Shown one piece after another: positions 47,845-59,573 of a DNA stretch of 64,000 nt. A model generated the notes under the pieces. The model was given only the letters and a program-made list of their open reading frames with translations. It did not search any database and had not been told where the DNA came from. A program made the translations under genes and the position numbers. Source of the stretch: Chloroflexota bacterium. Its GTDB lineage: Bacteria; Chloroflexota; Limnocylindria; Limnocylindrales; CSP1-4. The stretch spans positions 8,725 to 72,724 of the forward strand of contig DAOUEA010000094.1 of NCBI GenBank assembly GCA_034430475.1. The letters are read 5' to 3'. Position 1 is the first letter of the stretch. Every line of letters begins with the position of its first letter.

Positions 47845-49344
47845 TCAACCCTGAGACGCCGTTTGGCCGTCGGGCGAGGGCCTCCACCTAAGATCGGGCT
47901 GGCGGGCTGCGCGCGCCTCATCCAAACGACGTACTGGCGCGGTGCGCGGTGCGGAACGCAGCTCTTCCGGCGACTGATGGGCTTCCTCGACGGCGGACCG
48001 CAGAGCCTCAACGAAGCCGTCCAGCGTCTCGAGCGATTCGGTTTCCGTAGGCTCGATCAGGAGGGATTCCTCCACGGTGTGGGGGAAGTAGATGGTGGGT
48101 GGGTGGTAGCCCAGGTCTATCAGGCGCTTGGCCAGGTCCAGCGTCCGAACGCCCGTCTCGGCCTTGAGCGAGGCTCCGGACGCCACGAACTCGTGCATGC
48201 AGGGGCGTGAGTAAGGCACCTCCAGGACGCCGCTCAGGCGCGCCTTCAGGTAGTTGGCGGCAAGAACCGCGTCCTCCGATGCCTGGCGCAATCCATCCGC
48301 CCCCAGGGCTCGCAGGTAGGCATAGGCCCGCACCAGGATGCCGGTGTTACCGGCAAAGGCGCGCATCCGGCCGATGCTCGAAGGTCGCTCCTCCTGCCGT
48401 TCCAGGCGGAAGGCCCCGTCGTCCTCGCGCAGCACCCGGGGCCATGGCAGATACGGCAGCAGCTTCTCCCCCACTCCCACCGGGCCGGCACCCGGGCCGC
48501 CGCCGCCATGGGGAGTGGAGAAAGTCTTGTGGACGTTGAAGTGCATCGCGTCGAACCCGGCCTGGCCGGGTTTGAAGCGGCCCATGACGGCATTGAGGTT
48601 CGCTCCGTCCATGTAGGCCAGCGCTCCGGCGGCGTGCACCGCCTCCAGCAGCTCGCCGACGCGCGATTCGAACAGGCCCAGGGTGGAGGGGTTGGTGATC
48701 ATGACCGCCGCCGTCCGCGGGCCCAGGGCGGCCCGGAAGGCGTCCAGGTCCACGCCCCCGTCCGCCGCCGACGGAACGCTGACGGTCGTGAAGCCCGACA
48801 TCGAGGCCGTAGCCGGGTTCGTCCCATGAGCGGAATCTGGTATCAGCACTTCCTGCCGTTCCATGTCGCCGCGAGCGCGATGGTAGGCCCGGACCATGAG
48901 GATGCCGGTCAGCTCGCCCTGGGCCCCGGCCGCGGGCTGGAGGGTGACGGCCTTCATGCCGCCTATGTCGGCCAGGGCCCTTTCCAGCTCCCACAGCAGT
49001 TGCAGGGTGCCCTGGGCTGTCTCGTCGGGTGCAAGAGGATGAAGGGCCGCGAACCCGGGCAGCCGGGCTGCCCATTCGTTGATCTTCGGGTTCCATTTCA
49101 TGGTGCACGAGCCCAGGGGGTAGAAGCCCGTGTCGACGGCGAAGTTGAGCTGGCTCAGGTTCACGTAGTGCCGCGTCAGGTCCGGCTCCGATACCTCCGG
49201 CAGGCCCGGTGCCTCGATCCGTAGAGCGGCCGCCGGGATGCGGGCCAGCGACTCCTTGGGCGGGGGCGGTACTCGTTCGCCTCTCCTTCCCGGCCGCGAT
49301 CTCTCGAAGATGAGGGGCTCCAGGCGATCGCCGGCGGCGGTCAT
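47845..49344 (-). CDS. gcvPB: Glycine dehydrogenase (aminomethyl-transferring) subunit 2
   Basis: The start is ATG 49344 (MTAAGDRLEPLIFERSRPG...), overlapping the gcvPA stop (ATGA). FYPLGSCTMKWNPK and the PLP region NVHKTFSTPHGGGGPG are present. Confidence 0.95.
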   Translation of the reverse strand: MTAAGDRLEPLIFERSRPGRRGERVPPPPKESLARIPAAALRIEAPGLPEVSEPDLTRHYVNLSQLNFAVDTGFYPLGSCTMKWNPKINEWAARLPGFAALHPLAPDETAQGTLQLLWELERALADIGGMKAVTLQPAAGAQGELTGILMVRAYHRARGDMERQEVLIPDSAHGTNPATASMSGFTTVSVPSAADGGVDLDAFRAALGPRTAAVMITNPSTLGLFESRVGELLEAVHAAGALAYMDGANLNAVMGRFKPGQAGFDAMHFNVHKTFSTPHGGGGPGAGPVGVGEKLLPYLPWPRVLREDDGAFRLERQEERPSSIGRMRAFAGNTGILVRAYAYLRALGADGLRQASEDAVLAANYLKARLSGVLEVPYSRPCMHEFVASGASLKAETGVRTLDLAKRLIDLGYHPPTIYFPHTVEESLLIEPTETESLETLDGFVEALRSAVEEAHQSPEELRSAPRTAPVRRLDEARAARQPDLRWRPSPDGQTASQG

Positions 49345-50738
49345 CGCGAGCCTCCCTTGGCTGGAGCCGCGCCCGCGCCTCCCAACTCCTCGCCCAGGGC
49401 TGCCGCGAAGCCGGCTATCTCGTCGGCCGTCGTGACCTCCGTGGCGCAGACCAGGAGCGCTTCGGCAAGGGTCGCGTCCGCGGGCTCCGCCTCGGCCAGG
49501 GCCAGGCCGGCCAGGATGCCCCGCTCCAGCAGCCGGCGGTGGACGGATCGGGCCCCGGGCACGCGGACGGCGAACTCGTTGAGGTAGGGGCCGGGGTGCA
49601 GGCGCGGCGCCCCCGCGGCCGCCAGGGCGGCTTCCAGCTCCGAGGCCCGGGCGGCCCCCAGGGCCGCCACGTCGTGCAGGCCTCGCGGCCCCAACGCCGC
49701 CATGTAGATGCCGGCCGCCAGGGCGCACAGGGCCTGGTTGGTGCAGATGTTGCTCGCCGCCTTCTCGCGGCGGATGTCCTGCTCGCGAGCCCGCAGAGTC
49801 ATGACGAAAGCCCGGCGACCGTCGGCGTCCGCCGTCAAGCCCACCAACCGCCCGGGGATCTGCCGCATCAGCGCCTCCCGGCAGGCAAGGATGCCCAGGT
49901 AGGGGCCGCCATAGGCCAGGGGCATGCCGAGCGGCTGGCCCTCCGCGGCAACGATGTCGGCGCCGTAGTCCGCCGGCGAGGCCAGCACCGCCAGTGACAC
50001 GGGCTCGGTCACGGCGACCAGCACCGCCCCGGCGGCGTGAGCCAGGGCGGCGGCCTCGGGCATCGGCTCGAGCAGGCCCAGGAAGCTCGGATTGGCAACC
50101 AGCGCCGCGGCCGCCGGCCGGTCCGGGTCGGCCAGCAGGCGCTCCATGGCCGCCAGGTCGGTCGTGCCCGCAGCCGGCCCATCGGCCAGCAGCGGAATCT
50201 CGTCGGCCGTCATGCCCGCCCCGGCGAAGTAGGTGCAGATCGTCTGGCGGTAGTGCGGGTGCACAGCCCGGCTGACCAGCACGCGCTCCCGGCCGGTCGC
50301 GCGACAGGCCATCAAGGCACCCTCGGCCGCGGCCGTTGCCCCGTCGTAGTGCGAGGCCGAGACGACGTCCATGCCGGTCAGCTCAGCCATCATCGACTGG
50401 TACTCGTAGATCGTCTGCAGCGTGCCCTGGCTGATCTCGGGCTGGTAGGGCGTATAGGCGGTGTAGAACTCGCCGCGCAGGAGCAGCTGGTCGACGACAG
50501 CCGGGACGTAGTGGCGATAGGCCCCCGCGCCGAGGAAGCTGACCACGTCCGTGCGGTTGCGGCCGGCCAGGTCGCTCATCAGCCGGGCCAGCTCGGCCTC
50601 CGACAAGGGCGGGGGGAGGTCCAGGCCCGACGTCCGAAGCGCCACCGGGATGTCGTCGAAGAGGCTGTCGATCGAGGTGACGCCGATCACCTCGAGCATC
50701 TGCGTCCGCTCGGCCGGCGTATGGGGCCCGTATGCCAT
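49341..50738 (-). CDS. gcvPA: Glycine dehydrogenase (aminomethyl-transferring) subunit 1
   Basis: 465 aa. YTAYTPYQPEISQGTLQTIYEYQSMMAELTGMDVVSASHYDGATA is characteristic of GcvPA. Confidence 0.95.
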   Translation of the reverse strand: MAYGPHTPAERTQMLEVIGVTSIDSLFDDIPVALRTSGLDLPPPLSEAELARLMSDLAGRNRTDVVSFLGAGAYRHYVPAVVDQLLLRGEFYTAYTPYQPEISQGTLQTIYEYQSMMAELTGMDVVSASHYDGATAAAEGALMACRATGRERVLVSRAVHPHYRQTICTYFAGAGMTADEIPLLADGPAAGTTDLAAMERLLADPDRPAAAALVANPSFLGLLEPMPEAAALAHAAGAVLVAVTEPVSLAVLASPADYGADIVAAEGQPLGMPLAYGGPYLGILACREALMRQIPGRLVGLTADADGRRAFVMTLRAREQDIRREKAASNICTNQALCALAAGIYMAALGPRGLHDVAALGAARASELEAALAAAGAPRLHPGPYLNEFAVRVPGARSVHRRLLERGILAGLALAEAEPADATLAEALLVCATEVTTADEIAGFAAALGEELGGAGAAPAKGGSR

Positions 50739-50793
50739 CCCTTCAGCTCCGATCGGTCAAGGTCCGTCGCCTGGAACGCCGCTCCTGCCGCCG

Positions 50794-51171
50794 TCAGCCT
50801 TCCCGGGTCAACTCCTCATAGGCGGCCTGGTCCAGCAGCGTCTCCATCTGGCCGGCGTCGGAGATTCGGATGCGGAACATCCAGGCTTCGCCCAGGGGAT
50901 CGCTGTTCACCAGCTCGGGCGTGGCCGCGAGCTTCTCGTTGACCTCGATCACCTCGCCCGAGACGGGCGAGAACAGGTCGCTGACAGCTTTGACCGATTC
51001 GATCACGCCCACTGGGGCGGCCTGCTCCACCACCCGCCCCACGGCCGGCAGCTCGACGAAGACGACGTCACCCAGCTGCTCCGCGGCGTACGGCGTGACC
51101 CCCACGGTCGCGACGTCGCCGACCAGACGGACCCACTCGTGCTCCTTCGTGTAGCGCAGGTCTTCGGCCAC
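50794..51171 (-). CDS. gcvH: Glycine cleavage system H protein
   Basis: LRYTKEHEWV... and the lipoyl-lysine region IESVKAVSDLFSPVSGEV are present. The start is set at GTG 51171, preceded by GGAGG; an alternative GTG at 51204 overlaps the gcvT stop. Confidence 0.93.
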   Translation of the reverse strand: MAEDLRYTKEHEWVRLVGDVATVGVTPYAAEQLGDVVFVELPAVGRVVEQAAPVGVIESVKAVSDLFSPVSGEVIEVNEKLAATPELVNSDPLGEAWMFRIRISDAGQMETLLDQAAYEELTREG

Positions 51172-51200
51172 GGCTTGCCTCCGCTTCGTTCGACTCGATC

Positions 51201-52343
51201 TCACTCGTCTCGCTTGTAGAAGGGCAACGGCACCACTTCCGCCGCCGCACGCTGCTCGCGAATAGCCACCTCCAGTATCGTAGCGGCCTCGCCGTCAGAA
51301 GGTGCCACGTAGGCCATGGCGATGGCTCGATTCAGCGTCGGCGACTGGGTACCGCTGGTGACGCGGCCGGTCCTACGCTCCCCCGAGTAGACCTCGTAGC
51401 CGTGACGGGCGATGCCCCGATCGCGCATCGCCAGGCCCACCAGCTTCTTACGCGGCCCGGCCGCCAGAGCCTTCTCCAGCGCTGCTCGGCCCACGAAGTC
51501 GCCCGGCTTGGAGAGCTTCACGACCCGCCCCAGCCCAGCCTCGAAGGGAGTCGTGTCGCGGCCAAGCTCGTTGCCGTAGAGCGGCATGCCCGCCTCCAGG
51601 CGCAGCGTGTCACGGGCCCCCAGCCCGACCGGCACCACTCTGGCGCTGCGGCCGCGAGTCAGCAGCCGGTCCCAGACGGTCCCGGCGGCAGCCTGGTCGA
51701 CGAAGATCTCAAAGCCGTCCTCGCCCGTGTAGCCGGTGCGGGCGACCAGGGCCTCAACCCCGGCCACCTTTCCCTCGCCGATGGCGTAGTGGCGCAGATC
51801 GGCAATCGGCACGTTTGTCAGCGGCGCCAGGACTCCCAGGGCCGCCGGACCCTGGATCGCCACGAGGGCAGTGGTCAGCGAGCGATCGTCGAGAAGAGCC
51901 TTGAAGCCGACGAACCGCTCGGACAGGGCGTCGCTGACGACCGCGGTGTTGGCGGCGTTGGCCACGACCATGAAGCGGTTCTCGTCCAGGCGGTAGACGA
52001 TCAGGTCGTCCATCACTCCCCCGTCGGGGAAGCAGATCATGGAATAGTGGGCTCTGCCCGGTACCAGGGACGAGTTCTCGCTCACGATCGCATGGTCGAG
52101 AGCCGCCGCTGCCTGGGGCCCCTCGACGAACAGCTCGCCCATGTGCGACAGATCGAACAGGCCGGCCCGCTCCCGGACGGCGCGGTGCTCCTCGATGATC
52201 CCCGCGTACTGGAGCGGCATCTGCCAGCCGGCGAACTCGATCAGGCGCGCGCCGAGCGCGGCATGCCGGTCCGCCAGGGGCGTCTCGAGCGCGGGGTGCG
52301 CGTTCGCCAGCGGCCTCTCGAGCGGCGATCCAGAGGTGTTCAC
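51201..52343 (-). CDS. gcvT: Glycine cleavage system aminomethyltransferase T
   Basis: 380 aa. TPLADRHAALGARLIEFAGWQMPLQY, GLFDLSHMGE and ARTGYTGEDGFEI are present. The start is GTG, with AGGAGGG upstream. Confidence 0.95.
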   Translation of the reverse strand: MNTSGSPLERPLANAHPALETPLADRHAALGARLIEFAGWQMPLQYAGIIEEHRAVRERAGLFDLSHMGELFVEGPQAAAALDHAIVSENSSLVPGRAHYSMICFPDGGVMDDLIVYRLDENRFMVVANAANTAVVSDALSERFVGFKALLDDRSLTTALVAIQGPAALGVLAPLTNVPIADLRHYAIGEGKVAGVEALVARTGYTGEDGFEIFVDQAAAGTVWDRLLTRGRSARVVPVGLGARDTLRLEAGMPLYGNELGRDTTPFEAGLGRVVKLSKPGDFVGRAALEKALAAGPRKKLVGLAMRDRGIARHGYEVYSGERRTGRVTSGTQSPTLNRAIAMAYVAPSDGEAATILEVAIREQRAAAEVVPLPFYKRDE

Positions 52344-52367
52344 GATCGGGTCCGCCCTCCTGTTCGG

Positions 52368-52823
52368 CTAGCCGGCAGCACTCCGCATCTCGGGCAAGCG
52401 ACCGGCAGCGAGGCCGACAAGCGCCCGTTCGGTCTCGAAAGACAGCAGCCCCGCCGCGTCGTCGAACGCGACCCAGCGCACCTCCTCGAACTCCCGGTCG
52501 TGGTCGTCGAGGCTGCCGCCGACGGCCTCCATCAGGAAGTAGTGAACGGTCTTGCGGATGCGCGTCCCGCGCTGGACGAACGTGTACTTGATCGAATCGA
52601 GCGGGGCGACGACCCGGACCTTGAGGCCGGTCTCCTCGGCTACCTCGCGCAGGGCGGTCTCCTCGAGCGTCTCGCCCGGAATGGGAGTGCCCTTGGGGAG
52701 GGTCCAGGTGGCGCCGTCGCGCTCGCGCTTGCGACGACCGGCTACGAATTGGGCGTTCTCGCCCAGGAAGCGGATGACTATCCCACCGGCCGAAGTCGCC
52801 GTGGCGGCGGTCAACCTCGCCAC
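52368..52823 (-). CDS. NUDIX hydrolase (start uncertain)
   Basis: The Nudix box is GTPIPGETLEETALREVAEETGL (GX5EX7REUXEEXGU). The stop lies 24 nt before the gcvT start. The start is provisionally GTG 52823, with no good SD. The upstream part of the 275-aa track ORF is Arg/Pro-rich and not protein-like. Confidence 0.7.
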   Translation of the reverse strand: MARLTAATATSAGGIVIRFLGENAQFVAGRRKRERDGATWTLPKGTPIPGETLEETALREVAEETGLKVRVVAPLDSIKYTFVQRGTRIRKTVHYFLMEAVGGSLDDHDREFEEVRWVAFDDAAGLLSFETERALVGLAAGRLPEMRSAAG

Positions 52824-53143
52824 GTCGCGGCAGCCGGGCTCGAGCGTCGATCCGCGTGCGGGCGGCCGAATCCCGTCCAGGAGATCCTGACCGCATGCCG
52901 GACCAGCCCGCTGCGCGCGACCCCTCTCGCCGAGGGGGCAACGGGCTGCCAGCCGCTGGTGTGGAGCCCGCTCTGGGAAGGCCTCAGGAACGTCGGGCGG
53001 CTCGCCGCGCGCTGGAAGCCGAGGCCGGAATGCAGACCCAGGCGCCGCTCCTTCTCGCCTCCGGAAAGGCCGACGAAGAGGGCCGAGGGGCGCGCCGAGA
53101 GGCGGGCGAGGGCACTTCGCTTCATGCGCGCAATCGTACCCGG

Positions 53144-54088
53144 TCAGGCGGGCTTTGCAAGCGCGGCCCGCACACGCTCCAGCGACTCCGCGCAAAGGGC
53201 GCCGCGCTGCTCGACAAGGCGGATCTCACGCTGGGCGGCGGCTATGTACAGCTCCTCGACTTCGGGCGCAAACCGCCTCAGGATGGTCAGATGGGCGGCG
53301 ACCGTGCCCGCGTCGCCCCGCGTGATCGGCCCGGTCAAGGCGGCGTTGATTCCGGAGGCGCGGGCGTTGCCGAGCGTCTGCTCCACCAGGCGCCCGTAGA
53401 CAGTCAGAGACCCCTGCTCGTCCAGGCCGGCGACCGACCCCAGCGTCGCAACGGCGTCCAGGAGGGCCACCAGCCCGCCCGAGGCCAGCATCGCGGCGGC
53501 GTGATAGGCCGGCTTGGCGCCTGCGGGGAGTCGAACCGGAACCGCGCCGAGGGCATCCGCCAGGTCGGCCAGCAGGCCCACCAGGCGGTCGTCGCCCTCC
53601 AGGGCGATCGTCGCCCCCCGGACCGCCGCGGCCGAGCGCTCCACGTCGGCGGTGAACGAGACCAGGGGGTGGAAGCTGCCGACCTGACTCCCGGCCGCCA
53701 GGGCAGGCTGCAGGATCTCGGCGCCCAGGAAGCCGCTGGTGTGGACCATCGCCTGGCCGCTGTAGAGGCGGATCGACTCGGCCACGGCGGCCACGGCATC
53801 GTCGGGAACACAGAGGAAGATCAGCTCCGCTTCGTCGACGACGGCAGGCGCCTCCACGAAGGCCCGGGCGCTCGAAACAGCCTGGGCGAACCTCTCCCGG
53901 CGGCCGGCGTCGCGGCTGGCCACCGCCACCACCGGCCAGCCCGCCCGAGAGATGGCCAGTCCCAGGGCGGACCCGACCGCGCCCGCGCCGACGATGCCGA
54001 CGCTGGGTGCGCCTTCCCGGCCGCGAGTGTGAGGATGGGGCTCGCGGTGGGCATGGATAACGTCGCCGTGGCGGTGCCGGCCCACCAA
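53144..54088 (-). CDS. Rossmann-like, DUF2520-type oxidoreductase (ProC/ketopantoate-reductase-like); start uncertain
   Basis: The dinucleotide-binding motif is VGIVGAGAVGSALGLA. The C-terminal half (LTGPITRGDAGTVAAHL) is typical of DUF2520. Candidate starts are TTG 54088, GTG 54085 and ATG 54202; the maximal ORF runs to 54283. Confidence 0.65.
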   Translation of the reverse strand: MVGRHRHGDVIHAHREPHPHTRGREGAPSVGIVGAGAVGSALGLAISRAGWPVVAVASRDAGRRERFAQAVSSARAFVEAPAVVDEAELIFLCVPDDAVAAVAESIRLYSGQAMVHTSGFLGAEILQPALAAGSQVGSFHPLVSFTADVERSAAAVRGATIALEGDDRLVGLLADLADALGAVPVRLPAGAKPAYHAAAMLASGGLVALLDAVATLGSVAGLDEQGSLTVYGRLVEQTLGNARASGINAALTGPITRGDAGTVAAHLTILRRFAPEVEELYIAAAQREIRLVEQRGALCAESLERVRAALAKPA

Positions 54089-54448
54089 CTCCTCGCGGCG
54101 GGGATGCTCCTTCGTGCCGTCTTGCCGGGAGGCCTTCCGGCCGCGCCCAGTCACTCGATCAGTGTCGTCGCGCCATGCCTTCACGCGACATTCCCTCCCC
54201 ATCCCGCCCGCGGGGTATCCTTCTCCCGGACCTGCACCGGGCAGCCGCCCGAGTGTAGCGCGTCCCTGGCAGCTGAGGCGCACCTCCTCCAGGGGTTCCG
54301 GAGACTCGCTCCATCGGTCGGCGAAGCCTTCGCGGCCACCTGGGCGCCCCGCTCACGCACCGGCAGGTGCACGCGCAGCAGCGCCCGCGGCCCGGCCGCC
54401 TCGCAGCCCCGGACCGGCCGAGCAGCTTGACTGCAAGCAGGAGGCGCC

Positions 54449-57130
<2,682 letters not shown>

Positions 57131-57143
57131 AGCTTCCGCCCGC

Positions 57144-58115
57144 CTACTGGCTCCACGCCGTGGGCTTGCGGTCCCAGCGGTGCTTGCGCAGCTCGGCCAG
57201 CAGGTCGTCCGGCAGCGGGCCCTTCTCCGCCGCGGCGACGTTGGCCTCCACGTGGCGCGCCTTCCGCATGCCCGGGATGACCGTGCTCACGTCCGGGTTG
57301 GAGAGAATGAACCGCAGGGCCATCTCGGGCATCGTCATCCCGGCCGGAATCAAGGGCCGCAGCGCCTCCGCGTGCTCCACCGACTCGCGCAGGTTCTCGG
57401 GCACGAAGTAGGTGCTGCGCCAGTCGTCGGCCGGCCACTTCGAGTCGAGCGTCAGGTTGCCGGTCAGGCTGCCTTCATCGAAGGGAACACGGGCTATGAC
57501 CGCCACGCCTTCCTCGCGGCAGGCCGGGAAGAGCTCGTCTTCCGGAGACTGGTCGAAGATGTTGTAGATGACCTGGACCGCGTCGACCAGGCCCGATCGG
57601 ACTGCCTTCACGCCGTTCCACGGCTCCCAGCGGTTGAGGCTTATGCCGAAAGCGCGGATCGCCCCCTCTGTCTTCAGTTGGGCCACCGTCGCGGCCACGT
57701 CCGGCTCGACCAGCCAGGCGTCTTCCCAGACGTGGAGCTGCAGCAGGTCGATCGTCTCCAGGCCCAGGTTGGAGCGGCTGACGTCCACCAGCCGCAACAC
57801 GTAGTCGCGCGGGAAGGCCTGGCCTACGGGCACGCCCCGACGGCTGGGCCACTGGCGGTTCATCGGCGGGACCTTGGTGGCGACGTAGAGACGCCGCTCC
57901 GCGTGGCAGGTCACCAGCTGAGCGAGCAGCCGCTCGCTGTGGCCGTCACCGTAGGCCTGGGCCGTGTCGAAGAAGTCGACGCCGGCAGCCACGGCCACCT
58001 CGAGCGAGGCGCGCGACTCGGCGTCGTCCGAGCCGCTCCAGCCGCCCATGCCCCAGGTGCCACAGCCGACTTCGCCCACCTGCCAGGCGGTCCGGCCGAA
58101 GGTTCGAGTCTGCAT
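57144..58115 (-). CDS. Aldo/keto reductase
   Basis: The start is ATG 58115 (MQTRTFGRTAWQVGEVGCGTWGMGGW...). FFDTAQAYGDGHSE and IPGMRKARHVEAN are AKR motifs. Confidence 0.9.
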   Translation of the reverse strand: MQTRTFGRTAWQVGEVGCGTWGMGGWSGSDDAESRASLEVAVAAGVDFFDTAQAYGDGHSERLLAQLVTCHAERRLYVATKVPPMNRQWPSRRGVPVGQAFPRDYVLRLVDVSRSNLGLETIDLLQLHVWEDAWLVEPDVAATVAQLKTEGAIRAFGISLNRWEPWNGVKAVRSGLVDAVQVIYNIFDQSPEDELFPACREEGVAVIARVPFDEGSLTGNLTLDSKWPADDWRSTYFVPENLRESVEHAEALRPLIPAGMTMPEMALRFILSNPDVSTVIPGMRKARHVEANVAAAEKGPLPDDLLAELRKHRWDRKPTAWSQ

Positions 58116-58292
58116 CGTCCACCTCGCGCTACGCCCGCACGTCCCGCGCCCCGCCATCCTAGCTCCGCCCGGGTCATTCGTGCGATTCGCCGCGCCGGAC
58201 CGTAACGAAATCGACCCTTGCCCGTTCCTACCTTCGTAAGGCGCTCTGCAAGGTGCCTTGCAAGGTTGTCGTCATACACGCGGGGACGGGAC

Positions 58293-58799
58293 ATGAGGCT
58301 CACTCGAACCGGGACTGGCCTGGGTAAGTACGTGTTTAGCCCTGCGGCGGTCGTCGCCTCGCTGGTGCTCCTGAGCACGGCCGTCGTCCTGGCCGCCCCA
58401 CCGACGAAGACCCACCCGCCCAAGGACCAGCCGTCGGCCAGCGTGCAGGTCGACGAGGACGAGACCGCTGAGGCGGAGGAATCCGAGGACGCCAAGGAGC
58501 CCGGGGCGAGCTACGGCCCCGGCGCCTGCAACGCCCTCCACGGCAACGCTTACCAGGTGATCAGCGACCTGGTCGCCAACTGGCCGACCAAGCACGACAA
58601 AGGCGACAAGACCAAGGACGTCCCGCCCGGCCTGCAGAAGGTGCTCGATCGGCTGCTCGAGTGCCAGGGCGCAGGGGACGACCCTGATGCCAGTGTTGGA
58701 CCCGAAGATTCCGACTCCTCGCCGACCCCGACCGTCTCGGGCGACGAGAGCACCAAGGCGAAGGGCGGCAAGAAAGCCGACCACGCCAAGGATCACTGA
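58293..58799 (+). CDS. Hypothetical secreted or membrane-anchored acidic protein (about 168 aa)
   Basis: The start is taken at ATG 58293 (MRLTRTGTGLGKYVFSPAAVVASLVLLSTAVVLAAP). The protein has acidic low-complexity flanks around a ~60-aa core with two Cys (GACNALHG...LLECQG). I recognise no family. Confidence 0.5.
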   Translation: MRLTRTGTGLGKYVFSPAAVVASLVLLSTAVVLAAPPTKTHPPKDQPSASVQVDEDETAEAEESEDAKEPGASYGPGACNALHGNAYQVISDLVANWPTKHDKGDKTKDVPPGLQKVLDRLLECQGAGDDPDASVGPEDSDSSPTPTVSGDESTKAKGGKKADHAKDH

Positions 58800-58867
58800 G
58801 ATGTATCAGGGCGCCGCGCGTGAGCCCGCCAGCACGGTCGACGCTGGCGCCCGAACCGCGTGTCGAA

Positions 58868-58920
58868 GGCCGGGACCGCAAGGGGCTATGCTAGCTCCGG
58901 GTCGGTCCCGGCCTTTGTCC
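58868..58920 (+). terminator. Hairpin plus TTTGT downstream of the hypothetical gene (putative terminator)
   Basis: GGCCGGGACC...(26 nt, partly self-pairing)...GGTCCCGGCC is followed by TTTGTCC. Confidence 0.45.
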
Positions 58921-58994
58921 TGCCCGTCCGGGGCAGCAGGCCCGGAGGCCGCGGCCGTGATATGGCTGCGTAGCCGTCCCCGGGAAGCTGGCGA

Positions 58995-59573
58995 ATGTCA
59001 GAAGACGACATCGAAGAACTCGTGGAGCGGGCGCGACACGGCGACACGGCCGCCGTCGGCGCTCTCTACGACGCGTTCGCGCCTCGTGTATATCGCTTCT
59101 TTCGATTCAGGGTCTCGGCCGACGAACCGGCCGAGGACCTGATGCAGCGAGTCTTCTTGAAGATGGTTGAGCAGCTTCCGAAGTACGAGCCCAGGGGAGT
59201 GCCTTTCGCGGCCTGGCTGTTCCGCGTGGCGCGCAACACCTGGATCGACGAAGGACGGAGCTATCACTCGACCGTACCCCTCGAGCAGATCGAAGCCGAG
59301 CCGGCCGACGCCGGTGACCCGGAGGCCCTGACCGAGGCCTCTCTGGATGGCGAGCTGGTCAGGAGCGCCGTGGCTGCCCTGCCGGACGATCAGCGCGAGG
59401 TGATCGCCTGCCGCTTCTTCGCCGGGCTGAGCCCCCGCGAAACAGCCGAGCTTATGGGCCGCAGCGAGGGCTCCGTCCGAGTGCTGCAGCACCGCGCCCT
59501 GGCCGGGCTCCGGCGGCGCCTGCCGTCCCTCGACGGGACGCCGGCCACCGACCCGAAGGCAGGCCGAGCATGA
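58995..59573 (+). CDS. ECF-type RNA polymerase sigma factor (sigma-70 family, regions 2 and 4)
   Basis: 192 aa. Region 2 reads FAPRVYRFFRFRV...EDLMQRVFLKMVEQL...FAAWLFRVARNTWID. Region 4 reads LPDDQREVIACRFFAGLSPRETAELMGRSEGSVRVLQHRAL. Confidence 0.9.
   Translation: MSEDDIEELVERARHGDTAAVGALYDAFAPRVYRFFRFRVSADEPAEDLMQRVFLKMVEQLPKYEPRGVPFAAWLFRVARNTWIDEGRSYHSTVPLEQIEAEPADAGDPEALTEASLDGELVRSAVAALPDDQREVIACRFFAGLSPRETAELMGRSEGSVRVLQHRALAGLRRRLPSLDGTPATDPKAGRA

Noticed and set aside
52811-53125. 104-aa minus-strand ORF (MKRSALARLSARPSALFVGL...) in the spacer upstream of the NUDIX gene
   Set aside because: It has no Shine-Dalgarno and an Arg/Ser/Gly-biased composition, and it overlaps the structured, palindrome-rich region. 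It is more likely non-coding. It could be revisited if conserved at the protein level.
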